DNA from: an uncultured cyanobacterium
GTDB lineage: Bacteria; Cyanobacteriota; Cyanobacteriia; CAKZMO01
NCBI GenBank assembly: GCA_963719515.1
Contig: CAVRCJ010000015.1
Location: forward strand, 1 to 64,000
DNA length: 64,000 nt
Direction: 5' to 3'
This document shows positions 40,067 to 48,987 of this stretch, piece by piece; the stretch's first letter is position 1, and the number at the start of each line of letters is the position of its first letter. A program made the translations under genes and the position numbers. The notes below the pieces were generated by a model that was not told where the DNA came from, searched no databases, and saw only the letters and a program-made list of their open reading frames with translations.

Positions 40067-40108
40067 AGAAGGCAATAAACAGAAGGCAATAAACAGAAGG
40101 CAATAAAC
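40067..40108. repeat. Tandem repeat, 14 bp x3
   Basis: AGAAGGCAATAAAC, three perfect copies. Confidence 0.9.
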
Positions 40109-40237
40109 AAAAACCGCCTTCGGAAGCAGATCTGTCTCCTCAGGGAAAGCTCCGCTTCTTTGGCCACAGACAAGGCTTATTTGGGCTAAGCGCAGGTGCA
40201 TCTCGCGATAGACTTCTGAGCACTTTGGGGAACCCAC

Positions 40238-41164
40238 ATGCTGAACAATCAAGCGCTGCTGGATTTTGATAGTACAGCGCATGAAATGCTGGCACTTTTG
40301 CGAAATCGCTTAGCGTTCGACCTGTGGGCCATAACCCGCGTGGAAGAAGCCGATTGGATTATTCTATACGCCAACGACAATGGATATGGCGTCCGCGACG
40401 GTGATGCGTTTCAGTGGATGGACTCGTTCTGCTATCGCATGGTGACTCAAGCCGCCCCTAGAGTTGTCCCTGATTGCCATATAGAGCTGGCCTATGCCGA
40501 CGCCCCTATTGGCCGTCAGCTCACCATTGGAGCCTACATCGGCATCCCGCTGAGATATAGAGACGGTCGCCTGTTTGGCACGTTGTGCGCGATTCACCCC
40601 GAGCCGCTGCCGACGACGATCGTTGACGAGCTGCCCTTGCTTGAGGTTCTAGTGAAGATGCTGGAATTGGTGCTCGGGACCTGCCTTGACATGGCGAACC
40701 AGGCTCGTCACCTAGATCACGCCGGAGCAGCATCCCTAAGGGACGACCTCACCGGCCTTTACAGCCGCCGAGCCTGGGACCTGCTTTTGGCGGGTGAAGA
40801 GAAGCGTTGCCGACTCTATGGGCATTCGGCCTGCGTGATTTCAATTCATCTCAATGACTGGGGCCATGCTGACGGCGATCGCGATTTGGCTCAAAGAGAA
40901 AAATTCCTCGTAAAGCTGTCCGAAATTATTCAGTCGACGGCCCGCAAACAGGACGTTGTTGCCCGAGTCGAGAAGGATAAGTTCGCGATTTTGGCGGTCG
41001 AGAGCACCCTTGCTGAGGGCAACATTTTTCTAGAGCGCCTAGAGCTCTATTTGAGGCTGGCGCAGATCGATGCTTCAATCGCTATTGCCGTTCGCGAGCC
41101 TCGTCAATACCGACTTTCTGAGGTTTGGCACCAGGCTGAAAGGACTGCGGGTGCAGTGCCTTAA
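40238..41164 (+). CDS. GAF domain plus degenerate GGDEF protein
   Basis: AYIGIPL...LFGTLCAI (GAF); DDLTGLYSRR; active site reads RVEKDKF. Confidence 0.8.
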   Translation: MLNNQALLDFDSTAHEMLALLRNRLAFDLWAITRVEEADWIILYANDNGYGVRDGDAFQWMDSFCYRMVTQAAPRVVPDCHIELAYADAPIGRQLTIGAYIGIPLRYRDGRLFGTLCAIHPEPLPTTIVDELPLLEVLVKMLELVLGTCLDMANQARHLDHAGAASLRDDLTGLYSRRAWDLLLAGEEKRCRLYGHSACVISIHLNDWGHADGDRDLAQREKFLVKLSEIIQSTARKQDVVARVEKDKFAILAVESTLAEGNIFLERLELYLRLAQIDASIAIAVREPRQYRLSEVWHQAERTAGAVP

Positions 41165-41304
41165 CCCCGTTTTGACCCATCCCAGTTCACCATTCTGGCG
41201 ACTGGCCTGCCCCAGTGGGCACTTTATAAATGAACTCTGTACAATAGTCATAGCTTGCGATCGCAAAGCGTAATCGTAAGCGTCCACCCTGTGTCTCCAC
41301 GGCA

Positions 41305-42864
41305 ATGCCAAACGGATTTGCGAGCAACTGGGCCTACCTGAAGACCGAACTCAATTGGCTAGAACGCGTGTTGATGGTGGCAGTCTCTCGCCACCGCCAG
41401 GAGCAAAAGGGAATTAATCGCGTCGCTCAATCCCAAGCAGATCGGGTAACCGCCCACTGGTGGAAAGGACTCATCTCGCTGGAGGGCAAAGCCGGCTACG
41501 ACGAGCATCGTCCTCAATCTTCCCCCCCGTCTTCGCCTCAACCGGGGGGGTATCAGCAGCGACTCCAGGCGCGGATTCAGGCCAGCTTTCAAGACGGAGT
41601 CGTGCTGCTGCTGCCGCTGCTGCGCGATCGCCTGCAGCTGACGCTCTTCGAGAAGAACCTTGTCTTAATGGCCCTCGCTCCGGAGGTCAACCGGCGCTAT
41701 GGTCGGCTCTATCAATATTTGCAGGGCACTACAGATTCTGAGCTACCTACCCTAGAGCTGACCCTGCGGCTGCTGTGCCGCAGCGACACCGACTGGCAAA
41801 CGGCGCGATCGCGGCTTGGCGAGGGCTGGGCCAGCCCCGTCGGCGAGGGGCCATCGCCCCTTCTCAAGCATCATCTTATTCAGCTCGTTCGGCCACCGGG
41901 GGGGACGTTTCTCAGCGCCTCAGTACGGGCGCTGCCCCGGCTAACCGATTTGCTGCTCTCCGAGGCGTCGACCCAAGAGCTAGACAGCCTGCTTCGAGAT
42001 ACCGGTATAGCCGCAATGTCGCCTCCCCCGGCGCTGTCAGTGCAGTTTTCTGGGCAGCCCGGTGCGGCCCCGGCTGATGTCAGGCTTGTTCCACCTCACC
42101 CTAACGCTGACGTCACTCCCGAACAGAATGCTGCACTACCCGCCGCTCAGCCCGCCGCCGCTTGGGACGATCTGATTTTACCAGGTGAGCTTATGAGGGA
42201 GCTGCAGCACCTGAGCCATAGCCTAACGGTACAAAAAACGGTCGATAGGGATTGGGGGTTTGAGCGCCAAAACTTTGGGGCCGTCCAGCCTGGCCTGTGG
42301 GCTACGCTGATAGGCGATGCAGGCACCGGGAAGACCTTAGCCGCACGGGCGATCGCGGCAGCGGTTGGCAGCGCGCTGACCATCTACGACCTAGAGACTA
42401 TCGGCCCAGCTCGGTGGAGCGCTATTCAAGAGACCATCATCGCCAGCCCCACCGTGGTGCTCATTAAGTCCGCGCAGCGCTGGTTTGCTCCTCGGTCGCC
42501 GTTTGATGCGGGCGAGCTGATGGCCCGCCGCCAGCAGAGCCCTACCTTGACCCTCCTCAGCATCCGGAGGTCAGAGTCGCTTGGCCCTCGGTGGCGGCGC
42601 GGCACGACGACGCTAATGTTTCCTAGGCCCAGCGAGGGCGATCGCCTGCTGCTGTGGAAGCGGGCCTTTCCCGAGGGAGTTGGGCTAGGCCGCCTGCGTT
42701 GGTCTTGCCTTGCTAAGCTGCCTCTCACGGGAGGTGAGATCTCGGTTCTAGCGCGAGAGGCGGCTATCCTGGCGGTGGCGGAATCGTCCGAGCGGGTAAT
42801 GCAGCGGCATGTCTCAGAAGCGCTCTATAGGCAGGGGCACCGGCTGCCTAAGGAAGGGCGCTGA
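41305..42864 (+). CDS. AAA+ ATPase-like protein with degenerate Walker B
   Basis: LALAPE-like MALAPEVNRRY, WDDLILP, GDAGTGKT, FPRPS...R..LW, LTGGEI. Confidence 0.7.
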   Translation: MPNGFASNWAYLKTELNWLERVLMVAVSRHRQEQKGINRVAQSQADRVTAHWWKGLISLEGKAGYDEHRPQSSPPSSPQPGGYQQRLQARIQASFQDGVVLLLPLLRDRLQLTLFEKNLVLMALAPEVNRRYGRLYQYLQGTTDSELPTLELTLRLLCRSDTDWQTARSRLGEGWASPVGEGPSPLLKHHLIQLVRPPGGTFLSASVRALPRLTDLLLSEASTQELDSLLRDTGIAAMSPPPALSVQFSGQPGAAPADVRLVPPHPNADVTPEQNAALPAAQPAAAWDDLILPGELMRELQHLSHSLTVQKTVDRDWGFERQNFGAVQPGLWATLIGDAGTGKTLAARAIAAAVGSALTIYDLETIGPARWSAIQETIIASPTVVLIKSAQRWFAPRSPFDAGELMARRQQSPTLTLLSIRRSESLGPRWRRGTTTLMFPRPSEGDRLLLWKRAFPEGVGLGRLRWSCLAKLPLTGGEISVLAREAAILAVAESSERVMQRHVSEALYRQGHRLPKEGR

Positions 42865-42879
42865 TGACGTGAGCGGAAT

Positions 42880-44170
42880 TTGACATCCTCCCCGCCCTGA
42901 AGAGCGGGGATTCCCGGTCTGCCCACTAGGTGGACTCCCGACGGGTGGACGCCTCAGCGCGAATTGCCCCTGACGAGGTCTTATGCCCGCTCCGCGTCCG
43001 TTTAGAGTCTCGGGCTAGCTCCAGCCCAGACGTTTCAATATTGCGGCTAGCATTGCCGTCCCGGTCTTGGGTTTTGCCGCAACCAAGGCAGACCAGCTCG
43101 CGCACCGACAGGTCCAGCTTGCCCCAGCGGTAGCCGCAGTCGGCACACTTCTGGCTAGTCGGCTCCCACCGGCTGATGACCGATACCTCGCGTTCCAGTA
43201 TCATCGCGGCCTTGGCCTCGCACATGGTTCGCAGATCACGCCAGCCCTGCTGCGCAATAGCGCGGGCCAACTTGCGGTTGCGGACCATGCCGGACACGTT
43301 TAGGTCTTCAATAGCCACAACGCTATGGTTGCGAATCAGCCAGGTCGAGAGCTTATGCAGAAAATCCTTGCGGATGTCCCGCTGCTTGGCCTTCAGCTTA
43401 GCAATGCGCAGCCGAGTACGCTCACGGCGCTTCGACCCCTTGAAGCGCCTATTCAGCTTGCGCTGCTCACGGCGTATCTTGCGGCCAATGCGGTCGTAAC
43501 CAGGAGACTCAACGCGCTGGCCGCTGCTGAGCACCGCGAACGTCTTGATACCCAAGTCCACACCCACGCTTTGGTTCTTGGCGGGGATGTGGACCGGCTG
43601 CACTTCGACAACGAAGCTCAGAAGATAGCGGCCTGCTCTGTCCTTGATGACGGTGACGGATGACGGCTCAGACGGCAGCGGCCTCGACCAGCGCACCTTG
43701 AGGTTGCCAATTTTGGCTAGATACACCTTGTCGCCCTTGAGCGAGAAGCCGCCCTTGCGGAATCGCGCCGACTGGCGGTTGTCTTTGCGCTTGAACCGGG
43801 GCGGCTTCACCTTTGGTCCTTTGCGCTTGCCTTTGAGCGAGTCAAAGAAGTTTTTGAACGCTACGCCCAAATCGGCGATGGACTGCTGCAGCGGGATATT
43901 TGATACCTCGCTCAGCCACTGGCGCTCAACCGTTTTCTTGGCCTGCGTGATGCAAGCCTTCTGAAGGTCGCCATTCTTAGGCAGCGAATCCGACTCCTTG
44001 CACAGTGCTAAGGCGTCGTTCCACACGACACGGCAGCAGCCAAACAGCTTGGCTAAGCTGATCTGCTGTCCGGACGTGGGATAGACGCGGTACTGGTAGC
44101 GGCACTTCATAAATACAATTGTCCTACAAAAGCCGCCCTAAAGGGCGGGGCTTGAGACCCAGTTTTTTTG
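42880..44170 (-). mobile_element. IS200/IS605-family (tnpB only) element 3
   Basis: Minus strand CTGAC|CAAAAAAACTGGG, left hairpin CCGCCC-TTTA-GGGCGG, right end GAATCCCCGCTCTTCAGGGCGGGGAGGATGTCAA. Confidence 0.85.
42926..44110 (-). CDS. tnpB: RNA-guided endonuclease TnpB
   Basis: YQYRVYPT, FGCCRVVWN, GVDLG, IEDLNVSGM, DRDGNAS; CADC/CLGC. Confidence 0.95.
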   Translation of the reverse strand: MKCRYQYRVYPTSGQQISLAKLFGCCRVVWNDALALCKESDSLPKNGDLQKACITQAKKTVERQWLSEVSNIPLQQSIADLGVAFKNFFDSLKGKRKGPKVKPPRFKRKDNRQSARFRKGGFSLKGDKVYLAKIGNLKVRWSRPLPSEPSSVTVIKDRAGRYLLSFVVEVQPVHIPAKNQSVGVDLGIKTFAVLSSGQRVESPGYDRIGRKIRREQRKLNRRFKGSKRRERTRLRIAKLKAKQRDIRKDFLHKLSTWLIRNHSVVAIEDLNVSGMVRNRKLARAIAQQGWRDLRTMCEAKAAMILEREVSVISRWEPTSQKCADCGYRWGKLDLSVRELVCLGCGKTQDRDGNASRNIETSGLELARDSKRTRSGHKTSSGAIRAEASTRREST

Positions 44171-44196
44171 GTCAGGGCCTAGCACGGCCCTCTCGA

Positions 44197-45408
44197 CTAG
44201 CGCACCGACGCCACCTGCGCTGCCGGCGCGTAGCGAATTCCCGCCGCTGCCAGCCGTTTCATGGCCTCCCGCAGGCGATCGCAGGAGGCAATTAGGCTGA
44301 CCCGCACGTAGCCTTCCCCGCCAGAGCCGAAAGCACTTCCCGGCGTGAAAACGACCCCCGTCTTTTGCAGCACCGACAGGGCAAACTCGCTGGAGGAAAT
44401 TCCTGGAGGACAGGGCACCCAAAGGTACATAGTGGCCTCCGTTTTGGGCACGGTCCAGCCCAGATGAGCGAACTCTTCAATCAGGCAGTCTCGCCGCTGG
44501 ATATAGCGGCCCTGCACCTCTTTGAGGTAGGTGTCGGGGAGCTGCAGGGCGGTTTCCGCCGCCCGCTGTAGGGCCGAGAAAATGCCGTAGTCAAGGTTGG
44601 TTTTTAGGGTGCGCAGTCCTTGAATGACGTGACGATTGCCTACTACAAATCCGATGCGCCAGCCCGCCATGTTGTAGGTTTTGGACAGAGTGTGAAACTC
44701 AACGCCGATGTCCTTTGCCCCCGGAATTTCCAGCAGGCTGGTGGGCTGGTAACCATCGAAGGCCAGCTCCGCGTAGCACAGGTCGTGGACCAGCAGGATT
44801 TCGTGCTTGCGGGCAAAGGCGACAACGTCCTCGAAGAATTTGCGGGGAGCGGTGGCGGCGGTAGGGTTGTTGGGGTAGTTGAAGTAGAGCACCTTGGCCC
44901 GCTGTGCCACTGCATCGGGGATGGCCCCCAGATCAATTAGCCAGTCTTGCTCTTCTTTTAGGACCAGGGGATAGACCTCCGCCCCCGCGATTAGCGGACC
45001 GCGAAAGTGAGCCGGGTAAGCAGGTGTGGGAACCAGCACTAGGTCGCCCGGATTAATGTAGGCGATCGCCAGGTGGGTGAGCCCTTCCTTTGAGCCCAGC
45101 AGCGGCAGCGCCTCCCCGTCGGGATCGAGGCTGACGCCGTAGCGGCGGTGATACCAGCTGGTGATGGTCTGGCGAAAGCTAGCGGTGCCCTCGAAGGGCG
45201 GGTAGCCGTGGGTGGCGTCGTCCTGGATGGCGGCGACCGCGGCCTCGACGACGGGCTGCGGCGTGGGGCCGTCGGGATTGCCCATCCCCAAGTCAATCAG
45301 CTCTAGCCCTTCGGCTCTGGCATGGGCCTTGAGTTCATCCAGCCGGGCAAACACATAGGGGGGGAGCGCGTTTAGGCGATCGGCTGGACGAATCCAATCT
45401 AGGCTCAT
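44197..45408 (-). CDS. Class I/II PLP aminotransferase (LL-DAP/aspartate aminotransferase-like)
   Basis: LGSKEG, NYPNNPT, HDLCY, TLSKTYNMAGWRIG. Confidence 0.9.
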   Translation of the reverse strand: MSLDWIRPADRLNALPPYVFARLDELKAHARAEGLELIDLGMGNPDGPTPQPVVEAAVAAIQDDATHGYPPFEGTASFRQTITSWYHRRYGVSLDPDGEALPLLGSKEGLTHLAIAYINPGDLVLVPTPAYPAHFRGPLIAGAEVYPLVLKEEQDWLIDLGAIPDAVAQRAKVLYFNYPNNPTAATAPRKFFEDVVAFARKHEILLVHDLCYAELAFDGYQPTSLLEIPGAKDIGVEFHTLSKTYNMAGWRIGFVVGNRHVIQGLRTLKTNLDYGIFSALQRAAETALQLPDTYLKEVQGRYIQRRDCLIEEFAHLGWTVPKTEATMYLWVPCPPGISSSEFALSVLQKTGVVFTPGSAFGSGGEGYVRVSLIASCDRLREAMKRLAAAGIRYAPAAQVASVR

Positions 45409-46568
45409 GCTAAGACCTCGGTAATAGGGGTATCTAACGTTGAAACAGATTTGGGAGCGCCCAAGGTGGCAGAAGACACCATGGCGGCCATCAGCTCTGT
45501 GGGAACTACGGTGAAGGGAAGCCGGTGAATATCGGACCCCTGGGCGCAGGCTAGCTCAGCGCTGTGCTGCAGACGGGACAGCGCGATATCTCCTAAGCCC
45601 AACTCCGCTAGGGTACGGGGCAGTCCAATCTCCCCATAGAACTGCAAAAGCTGCTGCCGTGCAGACGCGGCAAGCTGGTTGCCCTGCACCATTTCCTCTA
45701 AGCGCAGCTGCACCAAAATGCCGTAGGCGACCTTCTCCCCATGGAGGGTATCGTGGCTTTCCGTGAGGTGGGTCAATCCGTTGTGTACCGCATGGGCGGC
45801 CACAGTGCGGCACTGCGCTCCCCCCAGGCCGCCGATCACCCCCGCCATCAGCACGGCGGCATCCACGACGTCGCGCCACACTTCGCTGCCCGGCGCGTCT
45901 AGAGCCTGACGCGATTTTTGAAACAGGATATCCCGCAGTATCCGCGCCTGCTGCACCGCCCCAATAATCAAGGTGCGCTCAGAGTGACCGCTGCTGACGG
46001 AGGCCTCGTACCACTTGGCTAGGGCATCCCCAATACCGGCCACCAGCATGCGGCGCGGCGCTGTTTCTAAAAGGCTATAGTCTAGCACCAGTAAGTCGGG
46101 GCAGCGCAGCAGCGTCACATCGTAGAGAAACGCCCCCTCGTCGGTGTAGACGTTAGAGAGCGCGGTCCAGGCGGCGCAGGTGGCGGCGGATGTGGGCATC
46201 GTCACGACGGGTAGCCGCGTTTGATGGGCCAGCAGCTTTGCCGCATCCAGCGCCTTACCGCCGCCGACCCCAATCACCATATCCGCCTGATGCGCTTCTG
46301 CCGCTTGTTGCAAAGCTTGCTGAGCGGCCTCGCTGCAGTCCTCTCCGTAAGACACTGTAGCCCTCTCTAACCCCGCCAGCGCCGGTCCTAGGTGAGGGGC
46401 TACGACCTCAAAGGTGCGATCGCCCCCTACTACTAGAGGACGCTGACCCAAAGCCGCGATCGCCGCAACGCTGTGGCGAAGCGCATCGGCTCCCCGCAAA
46501 ACGCGAGCGGGAGCCATGGCGGTAACCAGGATATCCGGTGAGGATGACGTGGGGTTAGAGTAGCTCAT
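45405..46568 (-). CDS. Iron-containing alcohol/glycerol dehydrogenase family protein
   Basis: GVGGGKALDAAK, AGIGDALAKWYE, AHAVHNGLT, HGEKVAYG. Confidence 0.9.
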   Translation of the reverse strand: MSYSNPTSSSPDILVTAMAPARVLRGADALRHSVAAIAALGQRPLVVGGDRTFEVVAPHLGPALAGLERATVSYGEDCSEAAQQALQQAAEAHQADMVIGVGGGKALDAAKLLAHQTRLPVVTMPTSAATCAAWTALSNVYTDEGAFLYDVTLLRCPDLLVLDYSLLETAPRRMLVAGIGDALAKWYEASVSSGHSERTLIIGAVQQARILRDILFQKSRQALDAPGSEVWRDVVDAAVLMAGVIGGLGGAQCRTVAAHAVHNGLTHLTESHDTLHGEKVAYGILVQLRLEEMVQGNQLAASARQQLLQFYGEIGLPRTLAELGLGDIALSRLQHSAELACAQGSDIHRLPFTVVPTELMAAMVSSATLGAPKSVSTLDTPITEVLA

Positions 46569-46620
46569 GGGCGGAATTATAAACGATATCGAAGCGTGAA
46601 TTCCAGTGGAGGGCAGCGCT

Positions 46621-47151
46621 TCAACTGCCAGAAGCCTCTTCGAGAGTAGGGAGCTGAGCGAGGCGATCGCGGTACAGCGTAACCGTCATCTCGGCGTCCT
46701 CGCGTTTGGAGAGCGATCGCTCGATTTGACCTAGCACCAGCGGTTGGGTAAGGCCGGGCTCAGGGTGAAGCACGGTGCGGGCCTGAATCGTCAGATCGCT
46801 CTGGCCCGACCCCAGCCGTCCGGGGGAGAACAGGTTGCTAGCAGCCTGCTTAAGGGTAGCCTCTAGCTCTGTCTCGGTGATGGTGGGCGATACCGCAATT
46901 ACCGCCCGCGTTGCGCCGTTGTCGAACACTCTGGAAAATTTGACGGCTCCCGGCACTACTGTGCGGGTAAAGGGCACTAGACCTAGGGCGAAAATGCCGA
47001 CGGTGAGTACGCCCATGAAGCCGGTTGCACCCACTAAGCGGAAGCGGATGCCCCACCCCAGCAGAAACCCGAGGGCGGTGATAGCTCCAAACACTAAGGT
47101 TAGGATGCCGGACCATTTGGCGAGGGTTAGGAAAAGGGATGGGTTTAGCAT
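46621..47151 (-). CDS. ycf51: Ycf51 family protein
   Basis: WGIRFRLVGATGF, VFDNG, TLKQAASNLFSPGR. Confidence 0.85.
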   Translation of the reverse strand: MLNPSLFLTLAKWSGILTLVFGAITALGFLLGWGIRFRLVGATGFMGVLTVGIFALGLVPFTRTVVPGAVKFSRVFDNGATRAVIAVSPTITETELEATLKQAASNLFSPGRLGSGQSDLTIQARTVLHPEPGLTQPLVLGQIERSLSKREDAEMTVTLYRDRLAQLPTLEEASGS

Positions 47152-47362
47152 GGGGGCCTAGGGCTTTTGGGAAAGGGGTTTTGGCTTGATGTGCCGATCT
47201 TTAATAATGTGCCGGTCTTATAGATTAGGTTAGAGCGTTAGCGTAACCCAACGGAAGCAAATGTTTGGTTGGACTAAGAGATGCATCCTTGTTGTGTGAA
47301 AGGGATGCGGTAATTTGTGCTACTGAGCTTGTATGCGCTGAGTTTGGGGGTGAGCCGGCTGC

Positions 47363-47425
47363 TTGGGGGCGGCCCCCCAAACCCCCTGCTGGGGGAGACA
47401 ACTGTCCCCCAGGCCCCCTGCCAAG
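47363..47425. repeat. G/C-tract palindromic dispersed repeat
   Basis: TTGGGGG-CGGC-CCCCCAA followed by CTGGGGGA...TCCCCCAG hairpins in intergenic DNA. Confidence 0.55.
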
Positions 47426-47521
47426 GGTGGTGTCTGTGGGAGACTGGAATTATGGTGCGGCGACTTTAGGGTCTTGCCTCACGTCAGTTTTGCCGCATCA
47501 TCTAAGTGGCCGTATCGCATC

Positions 47522-47992
47522 TTACTCGTTGCTGACAAACTTGTCGGCGTCTGAGGGAGTGGGCTGCTCGATGGCGGCTTTGAGGGTGTGCCAGCCTAAG
47601 TTGGCGCATTTGATGCGCACCGGAAACTGGGCTACTCCCTGCATAACGTTGAGCTTGCGCATTTCTTTGGGGAATTCGGCGTCGCCGCGCATCATGGCCT
47701 GAAACTGCTGCACCATCGATAGCGCCTCCTCAGGGGATTTTCCCCGCAGGGCCTCGGCCATCAGGTCCACAGAGGCCATAGAAATGGCGCAGCCTTCCCC
47801 CTCAAACTTGACGTCCTCGATGCGATCGCTGGCTTCGTTTAGCTGTAGCGTCACTTCAATGGTGTCTCCGCAAGACGGGTTGTGGCCCTTTTGATAGCGG
47901 TGGACGGGGTCGGCTGTACCCCGGTGACGGGGCTTTTTGTAGCGATCGAGAATGACCTGCTGGTAGAGGTCGCGGAGGTTTTCCAGGGCCAT
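47522..47992 (-). CDS. sufU: SUF system NifU-family Fe-S cluster assembly protein
   Basis: LYQQVILD, NPSCGD, GCAISMAS, FPVRIKCANLGWH. Confidence 0.92.
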   Translation of the reverse strand: MALENLRDLYQQVILDRYKKPRHRGTADPVHRYQKGHNPSCGDTIEVTLQLNEASDRIEDVKFEGEGCAISMASVDLMAEALRGKSPEEALSMVQQFQAMMRGDAEFPKEMRKLNVMQGVAQFPVRIKCANLGWHTLKAAIEQPTPSDADKFVSNE

Positions 47993-48265
47993 GGTAATGG
48001 TGGGCGGTGAATGGGGTGGCGTCGGGACGGAGCACTGCCATAGTTAGGCGTAGTGCATCTCATTTGATCCTACCAAGCCTGCCTCAAAAGCGCGGAGATC
48101 TTCAGCGCAGCTGTTCAGGGCGGTAATATCTCATAATGATTACTGATAGTAATCGCGACTCGCAAGATCTTGGTTCATGGCCTGAGCAGACTCTGCTACG
48201 CTTCTCGGCGTACGATCTTAAAAGCGCGATTGCGTTATCGCTATAGTTGGCACCCAAGTAATATC

Positions 48266-48733
48266 ATGAACAACTGCATCCTCATGGCCGAGGTCGTCCA
48301 GGCTCCCCAGCTGCGCTATACCTCTGACAATCAGACCCCCATCGCCGAGATGTCGGTGCAGTTTGAAGCGCTGCGGGACGGCGATCCGCCGGAGACCCTC
48401 AAGGTCGTGGGTTGGGGAAACCTCGCCCAGGAAATTCAAGAGCGCTATCACGTGGGCGATCGCCTAATTGTGGAGGGCCGATTGGGCATGGTTTCCTTCG
48501 ATCGCCCCGAGGGGTTTAAGGAAAAGCGGGCCGAGCTGACGGCCCAGCGCATTCATCAGCTTGGCGGGGGTGAGAGCATTGTCTCATCAGCAGAAAGTCA
48601 GCCCACTGAAAAGCCCAGCCGCCCCCCGGCTGCCGTCCCCAGCGCCGCACCCGGCATGCCCCCAGCCCAGACCTCTCGGCCAGCAGAGCCGCCCATGCCC
48701 ACCGAAGCCGATCTGGACGATATCCCGTTTTAG
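48266..48733 (+). CDS. ssb: Single-stranded DNA-binding protein family
   Basis: MNNCILMAE, PQLRYT, VEGRL; acidic tail LDDIPF. Confidence 0.85.
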   Translation: MNNCILMAEVVQAPQLRYTSDNQTPIAEMSVQFEALRDGDPPETLKVVGWGNLAQEIQERYHVGDRLIVEGRLGMVSFDRPEGFKEKRAELTAQRIHQLGGGESIVSSAESQPTEKPSRPPAAVPSAAPGMPPAQTSRPAEPPMPTEADLDDIPF

Positions 48734-48839
48734 CGCTCTGGCTCACGCTTTTGGGGCGGATAGCAGTTTACACTCTACAAAGCAGCATGAATGGCGGCGT
48801 TGGGGTAAGGGTTGCGTCAGGCTAGGCGAGCAAGATAGG

Positions 48840-48882
48840 TTGACTATCCTGCCGCCTAAATTAAAATCAGTATAGTTGTACT
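48840..48882 (+). promoter_or_regulatory. Sigma70-type promoter plus LexA-like box upstream of smc
   Basis: TTGACT-16 nt-TAAAAT, then AGTATAGTTGTACT (48869-48882). Confidence 0.4.
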
Positions 48883-48987
48883 GCGTAATTGAACTGCGCT
48901 GCGCGTTGGGCCTGCGCTCAGGTTCAGTCCAGATTCAGTCCACCGCCAATTTTCAGTACCCTTTAGCGCCAGCGAGCCTGCCAGCGA

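Noticed and set aside
40067..40108. 14-bp repeat as a mini-CRISPR
   Set aside because: The copies are head-to-tail with no spacers; it is a simple tandem repeat.
219..44110. Catalytically dead TnpB (TldR-like) regulators
   Set aside because: All three proteins keep the RuvC D-E-D residues and the zinc finger.
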